Of a stretch of DNA of 64,000 nucleotides, positions 23,490 through 36,494 are shown one piece after another. The translations under genes were made by a program, and so were the position numbers. The notes below the pieces were generated by a model. The model worked only from the letters and a program-made list of their open reading frames with translations, made no database searches and had not been told where the DNA came from. Source of the stretch: Utricularia gibba (lineage: Eukaryota > Plantae > Magnoliophyta). The stretch spans positions 2,914,001-2,978,000 of the forward strand of contig NEEC01000014.1 of assembly GCA_002189035.1 (NCBI GenBank), in the 5' to 3' direction. Each line of letters begins with the position of its first letter. The stretch's first letter is position 1.

Positions 23490-25575
23490 CCGGTACAACC
23501 ACCGAAAAGAGAGTCTAAGGAGGTTTATTGATCGATTCAATTGCCAAGCACAAGATGTCCAATCAGACCTTAAGGAGAGAGTGGAGATAACGAAGGAAAT
23601 TGATACCCGAAATTCCCCCCTAGGCAATCAGGAGGGCCATCATGCGCCGGCAGAAACACGAATCTTGAAGGGGGATGAGATAAACCGGATGGCTCAAGGG
23701 ATGCTAGCCAGGGATACCGGGGATTTGAAAGTCAAGTTTCCGACTCTAAGGGGCATTTGCACGCTGGATGTCGACCAACTAGCCACCCAATCTTGTTATG
23801 TATCTTCTTGCCGTGACCCATGCGCGAAGAAATCGAGAATAATGATGGTGGAAAGGGAACACAGGGAGCCTCCCAGACAAGCAATGGAATCGGTAGGATA
23901 CAAGCAATTGCAGTTGATACCGAGGGATATGCAGAAGACGACCCGCATTGGCACCAACCTAAATGCCAAATTCGAGAGAGGATTAGTGGAACTTCTGAAG
24001 AAGAATACCGATATCTTCGCCTGGACTGCTGCGGACTTTGTAGGTATCAGTCGAGCTGTCGCTGAACACCGTATTGATACCTATCCGGGAGCAAAGCGAT
24101 CCGACAGAAGCAACAACATTTCTCCGAGGAAAAGTGCTGGATTATCAAAGAAAAAAATGAGAGAGCTGCTAGAAGCCAGCTACGTAAAGGAGATTCAGTA
24201 CTTGGAATGGGTGGCCAACCCTATCGTTGTTCCGAAGCCAAGAGGAAAATGGAGAATGTGTCAATTTCACGGACCTCAAAGTTTGTTGTGAAAGGGATCT
24301 TTACCCCCTCCCGAATATTGACAAATTGATGGATGCCATCGCCGGATCTCGATTTCTGAGCACCATGGATGCATATTCCGGATATCACTAAATTTTTGTC
24401 ATAGAGAGGGTTCAGCCGAAAACCACCTTCTACACCAAGGATGGTGTCTACTGCTACGTTGTGATGCCCTTTAGTTTGAAGAATGCTTGGGCTACTTATC
24501 AGAGATTGGTGAACAAAATCTTCTCTTTTGAAATCGGTACCTCCATGGAGGTGTATGTGGACGATATGATCATGAAATCAATGAATGAAGAAGATCATTT
24601 GGCTTATTTGGATTCTTGTTTCTCTCTTTGTTGGTCATACGGGTTAAAACTCAAGCCGCTAAAGTTCTGATTTAGGGTGCAAAGTGGAAAAATCCTTTGA
24701 CATTACGTATCAGAGAGAAAAATTGAAGCCGACCCCGCAAAGATTAAAGCAATATGTGAAATGGAACCCCGAGAACAATTAAGGAGTATCAGAGTCTCAC
24801 AGGTGAATTGGCCACCCTTACTCGATTCATATCTTGATCGGCAGATAAGTTGGCATCTTTCTTCTAGGCTCTTCAAAAGGGAAACACTGTGGAATGGAAC
24901 GAGGATTGTCAAGTTGCCTTCGAAAAATTCAAGGAATATCTTTCATCGTCCCCACTGTTGGTGGCTCCGAAGGAAGGAGAACCCTTGGAGCTCTACTTAT
25001 TCATATTGCCTGTTGCGGTTAGTGCAGTCCGAACCACTATTTCAGAGGAAAAACACCTGCCGATATATTATGTGAGTAAGGTTCTTCTATCAACAGAAAC
25101 CCGATATACAGTAACTGAGAAGTTCATCTTGGCCTTGAAAATGGCCGCCACGAAACTGAAATCGTATTTCCAAGATCGGAATATCGTGGTATTCACCAAT
25201 CAACCGTTGAAGAATATTCTGTCTCAACTTGAAATCTCCGGAAGGGTAGCTAAATGGGTAGTTGAATTGAGCACAATGGATATCGAATTCAGATCAAGAA
25301 CGGCAATCAAGGCCCAGCCACTCCCCAATTTTGTGGCCGAGATGACCAGGCCAATTGATCGATTCGTGGAAACCAATGGCGTATGGGCCATGTATGTGGA
25401 CGGTTCGACATACAACAAGGCTGGAGGAGGAATCGACATCAGAACTCGGGATGGAGATCACATTTTTATCACGGTGAAATTCTCATTCCCTACCACTAAT
25501 AATACCATCGAGTATTAAGCCCTGATTGAAGGAATGAAGGTGGCCAAAGAGCTTGGAGTTGCACCAAGGAAGCCC
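23490..25575 (+). pseudogene. Gag-pol remnant (gag, RT, RNase H, additional RNase H)
   Basis: ORFs 23581-24291, 24461-24670 and 24889-25518 carry RT/RH motifs; frameshifts and stops between them. Confidence 0.9.
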
Positions 25576-25847
25576 TAAGTAAAGTTCTTACTACCGAATC
25601 TTGAGACAGTAATTGCACCCGAAGCAGATCCGACTATGCCCCGAAAGCATAAGATATCTGGCCAGTAATTGCTACCAAGATCTCAAAATGTACAAAAAAA
25701 CCCCGAATCGGGGGCCAAAAACATCACTCTCAGAAGAGAGAAATTAGGGTTCGGGAAGGGGATCAGTTGAGGGGCCAACATGTCCCTCTAGCCTCGCTCT
25801 CAGCTTAGACTCATTTTCCCGCTGGATCCTTGCCTGAATCAGCGCAA

Positions 25848-27741
25848 TCAGTCGCTCCCAACTACCTCAAATCCGAATTTCGGGGCTTGATACACGTCCA
25901 TGATGACATCCAGCATGTTATCATCCTTCGTCAAGGGGTTGATCCTTTTGAAGCGTGGATCAGTGATTGATACCCCGAATTCGTGGCTGAATAGGCGCCT
26001 CTGCCGATACAGGAGCAGCCTGATTAAGTCCCCAGCATAAATGTTGGACAGCTTGGAGAAGCAAGTCGAATTGATGAAATCATCCAGAAGTCGCCGTCGA
26101 GACGCTTCTTGATTAACCAACTCGGCCTCCAAAGCCAAGACGCGGTACTTAGCATGCTTGAATTCCGCTTCCGCCTCTTCGAACCTTACTTTGAAGCCCT
26201 CCTTTTTGGAGTTGGCATCGTCGATCGCCTTCCCCATCTCGTAGACCACATTCTGCAACTCTTCCTCCCAACGAGTACGCTTTTCGAGAACTGTCCTCAA
26301 CGAACTCCCTTCCTCTTCCAGCAACTTTATTTTGGTGCCTTGAGCCGCAGAGTGGGCTTGAAGCCGGGAAACCTCCTCCGATTGAGTCTTGATCTCCTTC
26401 GCCATCCCCTGCCGAAGGTTAAAGCCTGAAAAGAAATCACCAAGTAAGTAACTGATTACGTACAAGTCCATGAAAGGAAAAGGGGAATACCTTCCAGATC
26501 CCCTTAAATATAATGTTTGGCTGAACCCCCGAGAGACTCGGGGGTCACTTCCTCCAAGACTCTTCACAGTTCATGAGGAAATGAAGACGGGGGGGGGGGG
26601 GGGGGTATTTTATCCCCTTCTAAAAGCTGATCAGCGGCATCCAACTGAACTTATGGGGAACCAGCCGAGAAGAATTGGAAAGGGTCAGAATCGGAAATCT
26701 GTTACAACAGTTCATATAAACCGAACCTGAATGGGAGAGGCGACATCAGGTTCTTGCATCCTTTGCATCTCGACAAAGAAGTGGGCCATCACCGAATTTT
26801 CTAAAGCGGTTCTCTGGGCCATCTCTTCAGCTGCAGACGAAAACCGAGAGAAGAGTAAGATGCAGTGCAAATGTTGAAACTCAAGGAAACATAACCTAAC
26901 TACCTCTTTGCTTCTTAGAGGGTTTATAAGCTAGCGCCTTAACCCTCTTCTTTTTTCTGGGGGCCATGGGTTGAACATTTGAGGGAATTGGGGATGAGAC
27001 AGATGCCAGGGGGAGACTCGGAGAAGGATTAGAAGGAGGAATTTGTAGATCGGCACCTTCGGAAGGAACGATGTTGGGCTAGTGGCAGTCACAAGAACAA
27101 CCGATAATACCCGATCTTTTCAATGACTCCCCGAAAACATCAAAGCACGAGATTCGTATTGGGTAGACCCTTAGCTAAGCCTTTCAAATAGGACTTCGGG
27201 GATTTGGTAGATGGCCAATAAGTACCGAAGAGTTTTACTCTGAAGGGTGTGGGAGGATCAACTAGGAAGTTCCACCGAAAACCCAGAGGGGGTGCCACCC
27301 AGACAAAAGAAGACCACCAATCGTGGTGGGTATCAGGGGCTTTCACAATGAAGTTATAGCCGAATGAGATCGGTGAAACTGAAAATGAGATCGGCCAACC
27401 GTCGGAGACTTTGCTTTGCGAACAGCTACTAAAGTCATAGCCGAATCCATGCCAACCGAATAGAACAAGAAGGTAGTGAAGCAGAAGATGGAGTTGGGGG
27501 CAAGGCGGTAAAGCGGGATGGCGAAAGTGTGAAGAAAACGGACTATCAAAGGATGGAGGGGGAAAAGTAAACCGCTTTCGAAATAAGCGAGGGGAATCGG
27601 CAGGCTAAAGAGAAGAAGGGGACTTTCACCTAACCACAAGGGGATTTTGGTATCCCGAGCATGGGAGACGATGTATTCATGGGGGATAGAATATCCGATG
27701 CGAAGGGAATGGATATTCAATTTACTAAACCTCCTAACCAT
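25848..27741 (-). pseudogene. Antisense extra ORF of the Tat/Retand element: Transposase_28-like domain + coiled-coil
   Basis: LRIGYSIP...FESGLLFPLHPLIVRFL...LAPNS; WWSSFVWVAPP; heptad-rich region (EVSRLQAHSAAQGTKIKLLEEEGSSLRTVLEKR...) behind a cttttcag acceptor at ~26426. Confidence 0.75.
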
Positions 27742-28543
27742 TTTCAGAAGAGACAGAAGGAGACTAAAAGGGTAAGAGGAGCCCGGCTAAACCCTAAGAA
27801 ATCGAACGGGAAGACGAAGAACCGACAGGTACCTGAAAAGTCTACAGTTTTCGACGGGTATCACAGTGGCGAGGTACGACAGAGCATGAAAAGTTTTGGA
27901 ATCTCGCGAATAGAAGGAAGGAGCAAAAGGGAAGAAATGATTGAAGATGCGCATATTTTAGAGGAGGTATTTGGAATTCGAAACGACGCGCCGGTTCAGG
28001 TACCCAAAACTGGGCAAGAAGAAACGTGGAGCGCCCAGGGGATGACGCGTAGCATAGAGATTGATTTAACTCAGGTTGAGACCTAGCCACAGAAAATTGA
28101 CATGCGTGAGATCGGTAACAATTCTGATTTCCCGATTCTCCCAAGAGGTTGATATCGGCAAATCAGAGGGGTTAAATGATGGGGTCTAAATCAGACTGAG
28201 ATAATCGGCCTATGAAAAGTAGCCAAAAGGTGTCCTGACACCCTGGTGCAGGCCGACAGACCGATAATTGTTAGGGTTTGTCAGCGGTGGCCGTTTTGGA
28301 CAGACTAAAAAGTAGCTGAATTACGGCAACAGCAGGGCAGGCAGCGGTTATATGAATGTAGAACCAAAGTGTGTACAACAGGCACAGAAAGCAGCCGACA
28401 CATGCAGTGCTCAGAACTCGGTCAAGCTCAACTCACCTGTAAATGCAAGAAACATTATAGTGAGAGGGGCTGGACTTTAAGGACTTCAACTTGTACTCTC
28501 TCCCCACCTCCACCTAGTGAAGATAATTCCCGGCGAGATCTGA

Positions 28544-29890
28544 TGTTAAGTGTCATTTTCTTACTAATTGCTAGGTTGTTTTTATGCTTAATTATAATTA
28601 GGATTGTCTAATTAGGAGTCTATAATATGAGATTTAGGTTTTTATCTAGTTTAGGGTAATTATTCTAAATCTTGTATTTTATCTATTAATTTTACTAGTT
28701 TTAATTGAGTTTTTCTAGAGGCGCACACGTGGCAGGAAGTGAGTGAAAGAAGGCATCAGATGGCGACAAATTGGATCTTCCCGAGCTGACATTCCCTTGA
28801 TTTCCAGAAGACACACATATGCCTAATCATGAGCCTTGACGTGCGGAACACGGGAGTCTCTGACAGGCAGCATCATTAGCGTACCAGTGTCAGACGTTGC
28901 TTGCAAGTCATCCCAAGTTCAGCAGAATCACAAGGACACGAAATCTCAGACTCTCAATGAAGTTCAGTTCTGTTCAGACAAGCTGAGTTTACTTTCAGTT
29001 TAGTTTCCCTTTTGTTTCTCTCTCTAGAGGAATTTTCCTCTAGTTTCTCTCTAGAACCTTGTTTCGTTTTCTTTAGTTTGTATGGGCGTTCGCAGCTAGA
29101 AACTTCCGTTTCAGGGTTGGAACACCCCCAGATCTATGTATCGTTAGCTTATCTTCACATTTTCTCTGAATCCGAACAGGTTTCGTATGTCTTCGCGCGA
29201 CTATGTTGCAGTCTTTCTGTAACAGTCCCCTTATTCAAGGTTCATGGTTAGCTGATCACTACCCGCGGATTTTGGAGAGGAGCAAGGTGGAAAGCACCAA
29301 CTCGAGTCCTTTTGGCAGGAGGAAGACAACGTTTTGTCTGTGGCCATACCTCAGGATCAATGGACAGGTAGTGACCTCGTATTTGGACTCATTGGGTCAT
29401 TGGCAACACTCGAGCACACGCGCACAATTCGGCCGTGAGGGTACACTGGCAGGACCTCTTATTCTCACGTTGGTCCAAGGAGGAGCAACATCGGGCTATT
29501 CCCGTGCCTTCTTGCAAGAGAGTGTAAGGGAGGGTAGGCAATTCCTTACTCCTATAACCGAGTACTCGAGAGGACCAGAGAAGAGTGAAGACGTGACGAA
29601 CATAGCTGGACAGGATTCCAAACTCAGGAACATTTACTTTATTTAAGGTTCATCGCTTACGTTCATTTTAGTTGTTTGCTCAAAACCCCTCTCATTCCCT
29701 TACTCAAGCTTCATTATCAACGGTTCTCGCACCTTCCATCTTCAAAACCGTTTACAAATTGTGACAGTTGTATTCGGGGTACCTCACCTTTCACTCAAAA
29801 ACAACTCCTAGTGTTCAACACTCGTACTACACTTTAGTGTTTTACGAGTTTTAAAAGTATTAAAATTTGTTGTGGAAACGACACACATCA
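28544..29890 (+). mobile_element. Athila-like solo LTR copy B nested in the Tat 3' LTR
   Basis: tgttaag...cacacatca; perfect TSD TCTGA (28539-28543 and 29891-29895). Confidence 0.9.
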
Positions 29891-29974
29891 TCTGACAAGC
29901 TCCGTTGTTTTTCTGTTTTCTGAGGGTTTTCACGTAAAAATCCCTGACTCTTTTTATTTCTGTTCACCGCATCA

Positions 29975-31418
29975 CACTATGCATAACGCCTGAGCCTTAA
30001 TCGGATACATGAACAATTTGCCTAGCCTTCCGTGCTTGGTTGTAGCTTATGCAAACCTGCAATTTCCTGTTTACCTCATTTCTAAAACTGTCTATGTCCA
30101 GGTTTGGATTTTCACAGAACCTATACATGAACCTTTGAGCCAACCATGAAGCAGTGATCGTACCATTGGACAACACCTTCCCACAGTTAGATGCATGGTT
30201 GGGGTTAACTAACCTCTTAACTACCCATCCATTACCATCCTTGAGTTTACGAGCATAGACCACCCAGCCACAATCTGGTGTTGCACACTTAGTCTAAATG
30301 GAAAAAAATTGTTATCCAATGTAACAACAAAAAAAGAAAATAAAACAATGTAAAGTTAGATACTTTCAAACAGATTGAATCATTTTTTTTCCATTGAATC
30401 TCCTTTCCATTCTCAATTGCATGCCTAATAATGGCTTCTCGGGCATGTGCTTTTCCAAAAAAATGAAGCCCTTCCTTAAGTTCTACATACTTAAATCCAT
30501 GCTTAGGATTGTACACTGGTTTGTGGCTACCTTCCTGAATATACTCATTACCATCACCTACATTTACATCTAATTCATCATTTGAAGCTGCACAATTAGG
30601 ATCATTAACTTGTACTTCGTCTTCATCTTCTTCACTTACATTTTTCTGTTGTTCGTCACTGGGTTCGTCACTTACAATTAGGATCATTAACATGTAATAA
30701 TCATCTTCAAGAACTATCTCATCACTGTCCTTTTTAAGCTCATCATCCAAAGGTATATCTTGAAGACTAGTATCATTATCCTGTTCAAGCTCATAACATA
30801 TTGTATCCAAACCCCTTTTGATCACATCATAATTGAAATACTCCAAAAAAATACAAATACTAGCACGCCCCATAAACTTCCTTCTAACTATATCACAATC
30901 TGCCTCATTAGAAATAGTCTTCCAAATTGTATTCCTCCCTTCAATATACTTAACCCAAAAACGCATATGAGTAGGAATCGTAAACCCGAAAGGCCTTACC
31001 AAATTTAATAACATACTCACTGATATATCGAAACCCTTGGCATCACGCAGAGCTTCCAAACCTGTTCCTCGGTATTTTTGAGGTCCATCATATGCCATGA
31101 ACCCACTGTGACGCAAGAATACAGTTTTCCACCCCATTTTGCAACCCTACCCACAAGCAATTCCCAATTGCAATTGACAGAGGGAAAAGATGAAATCAGG
31201 AAACGAACCTCTGAAAACGGAACATATGATTTTCACAGCATAAATGTGTGAAATTACATGTTTAGCCTTCGATTTAACGGAGCCAGACGACACTTCACGT
31301 TGAGGGACGCACATGAAATCACATTTACCTAATGAGGATTAAATTGGTATCACTTTAAAAATGGGGACAAAATCATGGCAACATGGGAAGCACTAGGGAC
31401 CAAATCGGTTCTTTGGCC
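29975..31418 (-). mobile_element. 5' part of a second MULE (MuDR transposase N-terminal half + TIR)
   Basis: LKEGLHFFGKAHAREAIIRHAIENGKEIQWKKND; GCATPDCGWVVYA...NH; ITASWLAQRF. TIR-like sequence near 31330-31418 (..ctagggaccaaatcggttctttggcc). Cut off at the Tat LTR. Confidence 0.85.
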
Positions 31419-31759
31419 GGTTGTGCATGGGCTCCTTCATGACGGACCTTTGGTGATGGGATTGCCGACAGTTTTGGGTTTTTGAAAATGTGTACTAATA
31501 GAGGAAGTAGATTGGATTTTCATGGTGGAATATGATGATAGAGGTAGAGAGTGAAAAGTAGAGTAAAATGGAGTACCGAGCAATGGGTGGAATGTTTATC
31601 GAGAGAGTGGGGAAAGTGGATAATTAGTGATAATAGTGGTGAAAATGGGGATATGAGGAATTATGGTGGTTGAGGGGTCCAAAAATGAAAAAAAAAAAAG
31701 ATCTCACAATTTACCTTCCATGCATGATTCTTGAAAAGTTGAAAACAAGAGATCATATG

Positions 31760-32480
31760 TGGTTAGAAGTTCTTATAAAAGGGGTTCAACCTATCATCAT
31801 TAACCTTGATGCATTTTCCTGTATCCAAACAAACGTAAAACAACTGCATCATGAGGCAAAAATATGTAAAACTTCAAAAGGTCTCTACCAATTAGATTCA
31901 ATTTACTTGGGTAAAATTTCATAGTGATTTCGTATAAAAGAAATTTTTTACCAATCTAAATTTTTTTATCACATATCTTACTATCATTATAACATTTTAC
32001 CTTCTTCTTGTAGATGAGTTGGTCAAGAGTCCTTTTTCTCTAGCTTGATCATGGGTTATGTTGCTTGTTTTATTAGCTCAATAAGCTTTGTGATAAGTCT
32101 CCATAAGAAGATGGCAAGACATGACATAGATCATATGGAAATGGACATTGCAATGCGATTTTCATAGCTTATACCATAGGCCCCATGATGCATCATTCAA
32201 TTTAAGAATATAAACTCTTCTATTTGAATTCATTGGGCATTATAAAATGTATTTGATCTCTCGAGTTGAGTTTTTGACTAAAGATGTTTGGTTGTAGAAT
32301 AAAGATGATGAATGCTGCATTTTTCCACCACAACCCTTATGACATAACTCGCAAAATGGGTGCTTCGATCTAAAAGAACAACTTTGGGGTAACCAAACCT
32401 TGGAAATATAGGCATCACCACTCTCTCATTCAATGGCTTCTACCTACTTGGACACCAATCCAAGAATGATATAAATCTTT
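31760..32480 (-). mobile_element. Degenerate Copia integrase remnant
   Basis: Minus-strand traces resembling WHxRLGHP, CELC, SWGL (for DVWGP) and LFGYRKMHQG (for FLGYSRMQKG). Confidence 0.45.
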
Positions 32481-33308
32481 TCCATGGATGGAGATAAAGA
32501 TCCCATGAAGTGAATATCCCATGCGTGAAAAAAATTGACATATGAAAATAGGTTGAAGCAGAATTTTATCTTTAATCTCTAAAGGTTTGTTTATTTCCGA
32601 TTTTGCTTCAAATGAAGTGCTTTTAAAGCGATTTTTGTTGAAAACAGAAATAGCTTTTGATTTTTCGAAACAGAAATATTGAACTTCAATCAACTTTTGA
32701 AGCAGTTCAATTTTTTAAACTCAAAAATATCCCTCTTCTCTCATATTCTCACTCCACGAAATTTAAACCCTTCTCCCTTATGTCTTCTCTGCTAAGAAAA
32801 TGAGATCTCTCTACTCAATTAAAGTTTCATCAGTGCATACTCTAGATTCGTGACCAAGCGCTCATCCTGATTTGCTTTCTTTCAAATATGCTCATAACAA
32901 AATCGAAGCCCAAGGAAATTTGCAGGTTTTATGCTTTGTATTATTACAACTCTCTTCAAAATTCTTTCATTCTTATCAACGTTAACACTCTACTGAATGT
33001 AAACAATATAAGATCTGAGATTTTAGGACTTTAACCTTAACTATAAAAATGCTTCATTTATTTTTTTATAGCATAGATGCACAAAGGGTGGAAAATCGTG
33101 TGCTCACTTGAACACATTTCTGTGAAGAAAAACCTTTTCTAGGTTAGTTGAAGCTATTGTTGATGCTGAATAGTCAGCCTATTGCTATGAATTATGTATT
33201 AAATTTGATCTCCTCATTTGTTGTTGCTTGTACTATTTTTTTATGCCCTTAGTATGCTGTATAATAATTGTTGCCCCATAAATGCTTGTTCAATTTTTTT
33301 TTAGAATA

Positions 33309-34323
33309 TATGGATTAGGAAGATGCTGGGTTGACTGCAAAATGGGATGATGCAAGTACAGCAACCTTCGTAAAAGTGTGCACTGAAGAAGTGAGAGCCA
33401 AGAATAGGCCTAACAGCCATTTCAATAGAGTTGGTTGGGAGAATGTTGTCAAGAACTTTTCCAATCAAACATGCAAAAATTACTCTAGAGCACAACTAAA
33501 AAATAGGTGAGATAAATTGAAATTACTTTGTGACATTTGGATCAAACTTACAAAACAAATTGGGATTGGATTCAAACTCAATGGAGCAGTGGATATGCCC
33601 AACCAATGATGGAAGGACTATTTGAAGGTTTGAATACTTTATTTTTTGTGTTGTTTTCATTGATGAATGCTCAGATTTGGCTTGTTTCAGGTGAACAAAA
33701 GTGCTAAAATATATAGGAATGCCCCTCCAATGTTAGAAGAAGAACAAGAACTCATATTCAATGACATACTTGTTAAATATTCTACATCACAGAATTTCGC
33801 TGATTCAATTGAGCATGTGGATTTCAACATGGAAAATCTTGAAGTCACTTCTCCAACTCAAGAGACGGAACATATGGAAACACCTAGTGGATCAACCCCT
33901 ACCCTTGAAAGAGGAACAAATTTGCCAACTCCAGTCAAAAGATCAATTGCAAACTCAAAGAAAAGGGCCAGGGAAACAGAAAAAAATGTGATTGCTTTTG
34001 CTTTGGAGAAGATGGTTGAAGCGATTGGACCTTTACGTGAGAAGCGAGTGAAGGAAGATGTGATGTGCGAATTGGAAAAGTGCATGAATATACTTGATCA
34101 GTGCCTTACAATTGAACATGGTGGAGATCTATATGGTTATGAAATGCCAATGTTTGGAAATGAAACAAAACGCCATATTTGGATGTCTGCTAAAGATAAC
34201 ATAGCAAGACATGCTTTTCTACGCAATGAATATGATATTCATTGTTATAAGTTGAAGAAAAGCACACAAGGAAATAGCTTCCCTGATGATTTCCAAAAGA
34301 TGTTCTTTTATTTTCATTGTTAA
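33309..34323 (+). pseudogene. Harbinger Myb/SANT-like DNA-binding protein
   Basis: AKWDDASTATFVKVCTEEVRAKNRPNSHFNRVGWENVVKNF...YSRAQLKNR*DKLK...IGIGF...VDMP..WW-like; intron ~33629-33690; second exon FRNAPP-like YRNAPPMLEE. Stops present. Confidence 0.85.
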
Positions 34324-34524
34324 GTTTTTTATTATATATTTCTGTAAGAAAACTATTGCAGCAACTATTTTGTGATGGTTTTTATTATATGTTTCCTTAG
34401 TTAAACTATTGTGACAACATCAAAATTATACACCATTTTCAATTTTGGCATCAAAGTTTTAAAATTATTAATCATATCAAAATCGTTTGATTTTAAATGT
34501 AAGCATAAAAATGGATTTTTTTTA

Positions 34525-34725
34525 CATTCGATCCTTAGGTATTCATTGGATGGAGTGTGTATTTTTATTTTAATCATTTTAATTAGTATTCGATCCTTGG
34601 TTATTATTCGGATCGAGTGTATATTTTTTATTTTAATATTTTTATTAGCATTCGATCTTTAAGTATGATTAGGATCGAACGTATATTTTTTATTTTAGTA
34701 TTTTTATTAGCATTCGATTCTTAGG
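34525..34725. repeat. Four palindromic units (cattcgatcctt...ggatcgagtg) related to the 535-1200 array
   Basis: Direct sequence similarity; both translate to RIECI in the ORF track. Confidence 0.75.
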
Positions 34726-36494
34726 AGCAATTTAGATCATGTACACATGACAATGCCACACGGGTGTGGTTTATGTGTAAATCACGCCCGTGTGTATATG
34801 CAGCAGCACCACAAGGCCACAGAATTCAGTTGAATATCCACTATCATATGACATCTGAAAAATTGCAATATGTCTTACTAAAAACCAAAAATCAGAAATC
34901 GGAGGAAGCTATTAGAAAACTAAAATAATATGACTTTGAGTTAATGAATTTCAGAAAAGATTACAATGAATGAAAATGCTATGCTTTTTCTCAAGTTTAG
35001 AGATTTAATGAGATTGTAATAAATTATAGCAAAGAGTCATAAATGATAGAATTACTTCTATGAATGAGCATCAAATTACCAGCTAAAATTTATCACCTTG
35101 GTTTTATCATCATTTTTCTTAAATTCTCTATGAATAAAATGTACTTTCATTAGATATATTCATTGCAAAATCTGTACTTGCACACCCCAAACAATAATCA
35201 AAGCAATTCAAAAAATCCCAATGCAATAATAGAATGAAGAAAAGGGTTCCATCTCAATATAATCAAATACCAACATTGCAACAAAATAATGAAATGGGCT
35301 CTACCAAAAACTGTGAATAAAAAACAGCTACCTTGATCTGTATTCCAGTAGTTCTTTTTTGGATTTCACAGATTCAATCGGTTCACGCATAGCAGATCTA
35401 ATGTGAATGAGAAACTGATTGATTTTATATATTATAACGAAAAGGGTAAAAGAGTAATTTATTATAAAATAGAATCACTTTTTAGAAAGCACAATGAAAA
35501 CAATAGCTGCTTCAAAATGATTTAAATCAGTTTTGAAAACAATCTTTGCTACAACAAAAGCGATTCAATAAAATCACTTTTTTTGAAGCATTAATATTGA
35601 AGCAGAAATAAACAGGGCTTAAGTCTCCACTTTTTTGGAAATTGAGATAAGCTTTACAAATAAGGTATCCATTTTGTAAAAGTCTTAGATAATATAAACC
35701 AACTTTCAATATGTTATTAATAGTTACCTTTGGGGAAAATAACATTTCGTATCCATATTGTACACTTTATTTGCACAATATATCCATATCTTTTGAAATT
35801 ACACTAAATATCCATTAGAATAATCCTTATTGTATATTACACCATTTGCCCTAATTTTATCGAATTTTCTCGCCAACAACACGTGTACTCATGCATAGCA
35901 ATTTTCTTCACAACATATCCACCATATTTATAATATTTAATCAGGACCCATAAGAATTTTATTATACTTTATACTTATTTACTTTTTATTATAACAATAG
36001 ATATTCATATTAAGGTTCAAGAACTATTTTTTTAAGAATTTTTATTGATATTTGTTTTATGTTGAATATACTCACCATAGCACTTGATCTTAATTTATGT
36101 AAATAAAAAAACAACACTAAATTCAAATTGTCAATTAGCATCCAAAACAAAATATACTTATGAATTATTCATTAACATTAAAACAACTTTTTAATTTCAT
36201 TAACAAAATCTTCAATTTCTGCAACCGTGAATCAATCAGGTGTCATCTAAAACTCATCATTTGATAAAACTATCATATGCATCAATAATTCACCAATATG
36301 ATCATCATAATCAAAATTCGTGCAAAGGCCATCATGCCCCACGACTTTCACATATAAACCATCATCATGCTGCGCATAAACACGTAAGATATGATTCTCG
36401 AAAGCATCAATCATCAATCAAATTTCGTGCATCCTAGGGCAGCAAAACAATCCAACATAATCAGATTTCGTGCATCACATGCTACTATCATGAT

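Larger units (their letters stand above)
23440..29974 (+). mobile_element. Truncated Tat/Retand-lineage Ty3/Gypsy retrotransposon
   Basis: Gag remnant RESLRRFIDRFN; KVKFPTLRG; RT LLKKNTDIFAW...EWVANPIVVPKPRGKWRMC and YVDD; RNase H EWNEDCQVAFEK; additional RNase H WAMYVDGS...TNNTIEY; no integrase seen. Purine-rich tract agaggggttaaa, then 3' LTR tgatg(28177)...catca(29974), split by a solo LTR. Confidence 0.92.
32583..35619 (+). mobile_element. Non-autonomous PIF/Harbinger element carrying only the Myb/SANT gene
   Basis: Imperfect 15-bp TIRs aggtttgtttatttc / gaaataaacagggct; TAA TSD (32580-32582 and 35620-35622); subterminal gcttcaaa/tttgaagc repeats. Confidence 0.75.

Noticed and set aside
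26589-26605. 17-nt poly-G run
   Set aside because: Homopolymer within retroelement DNA; its length is unreliable and there is no evidence of function.
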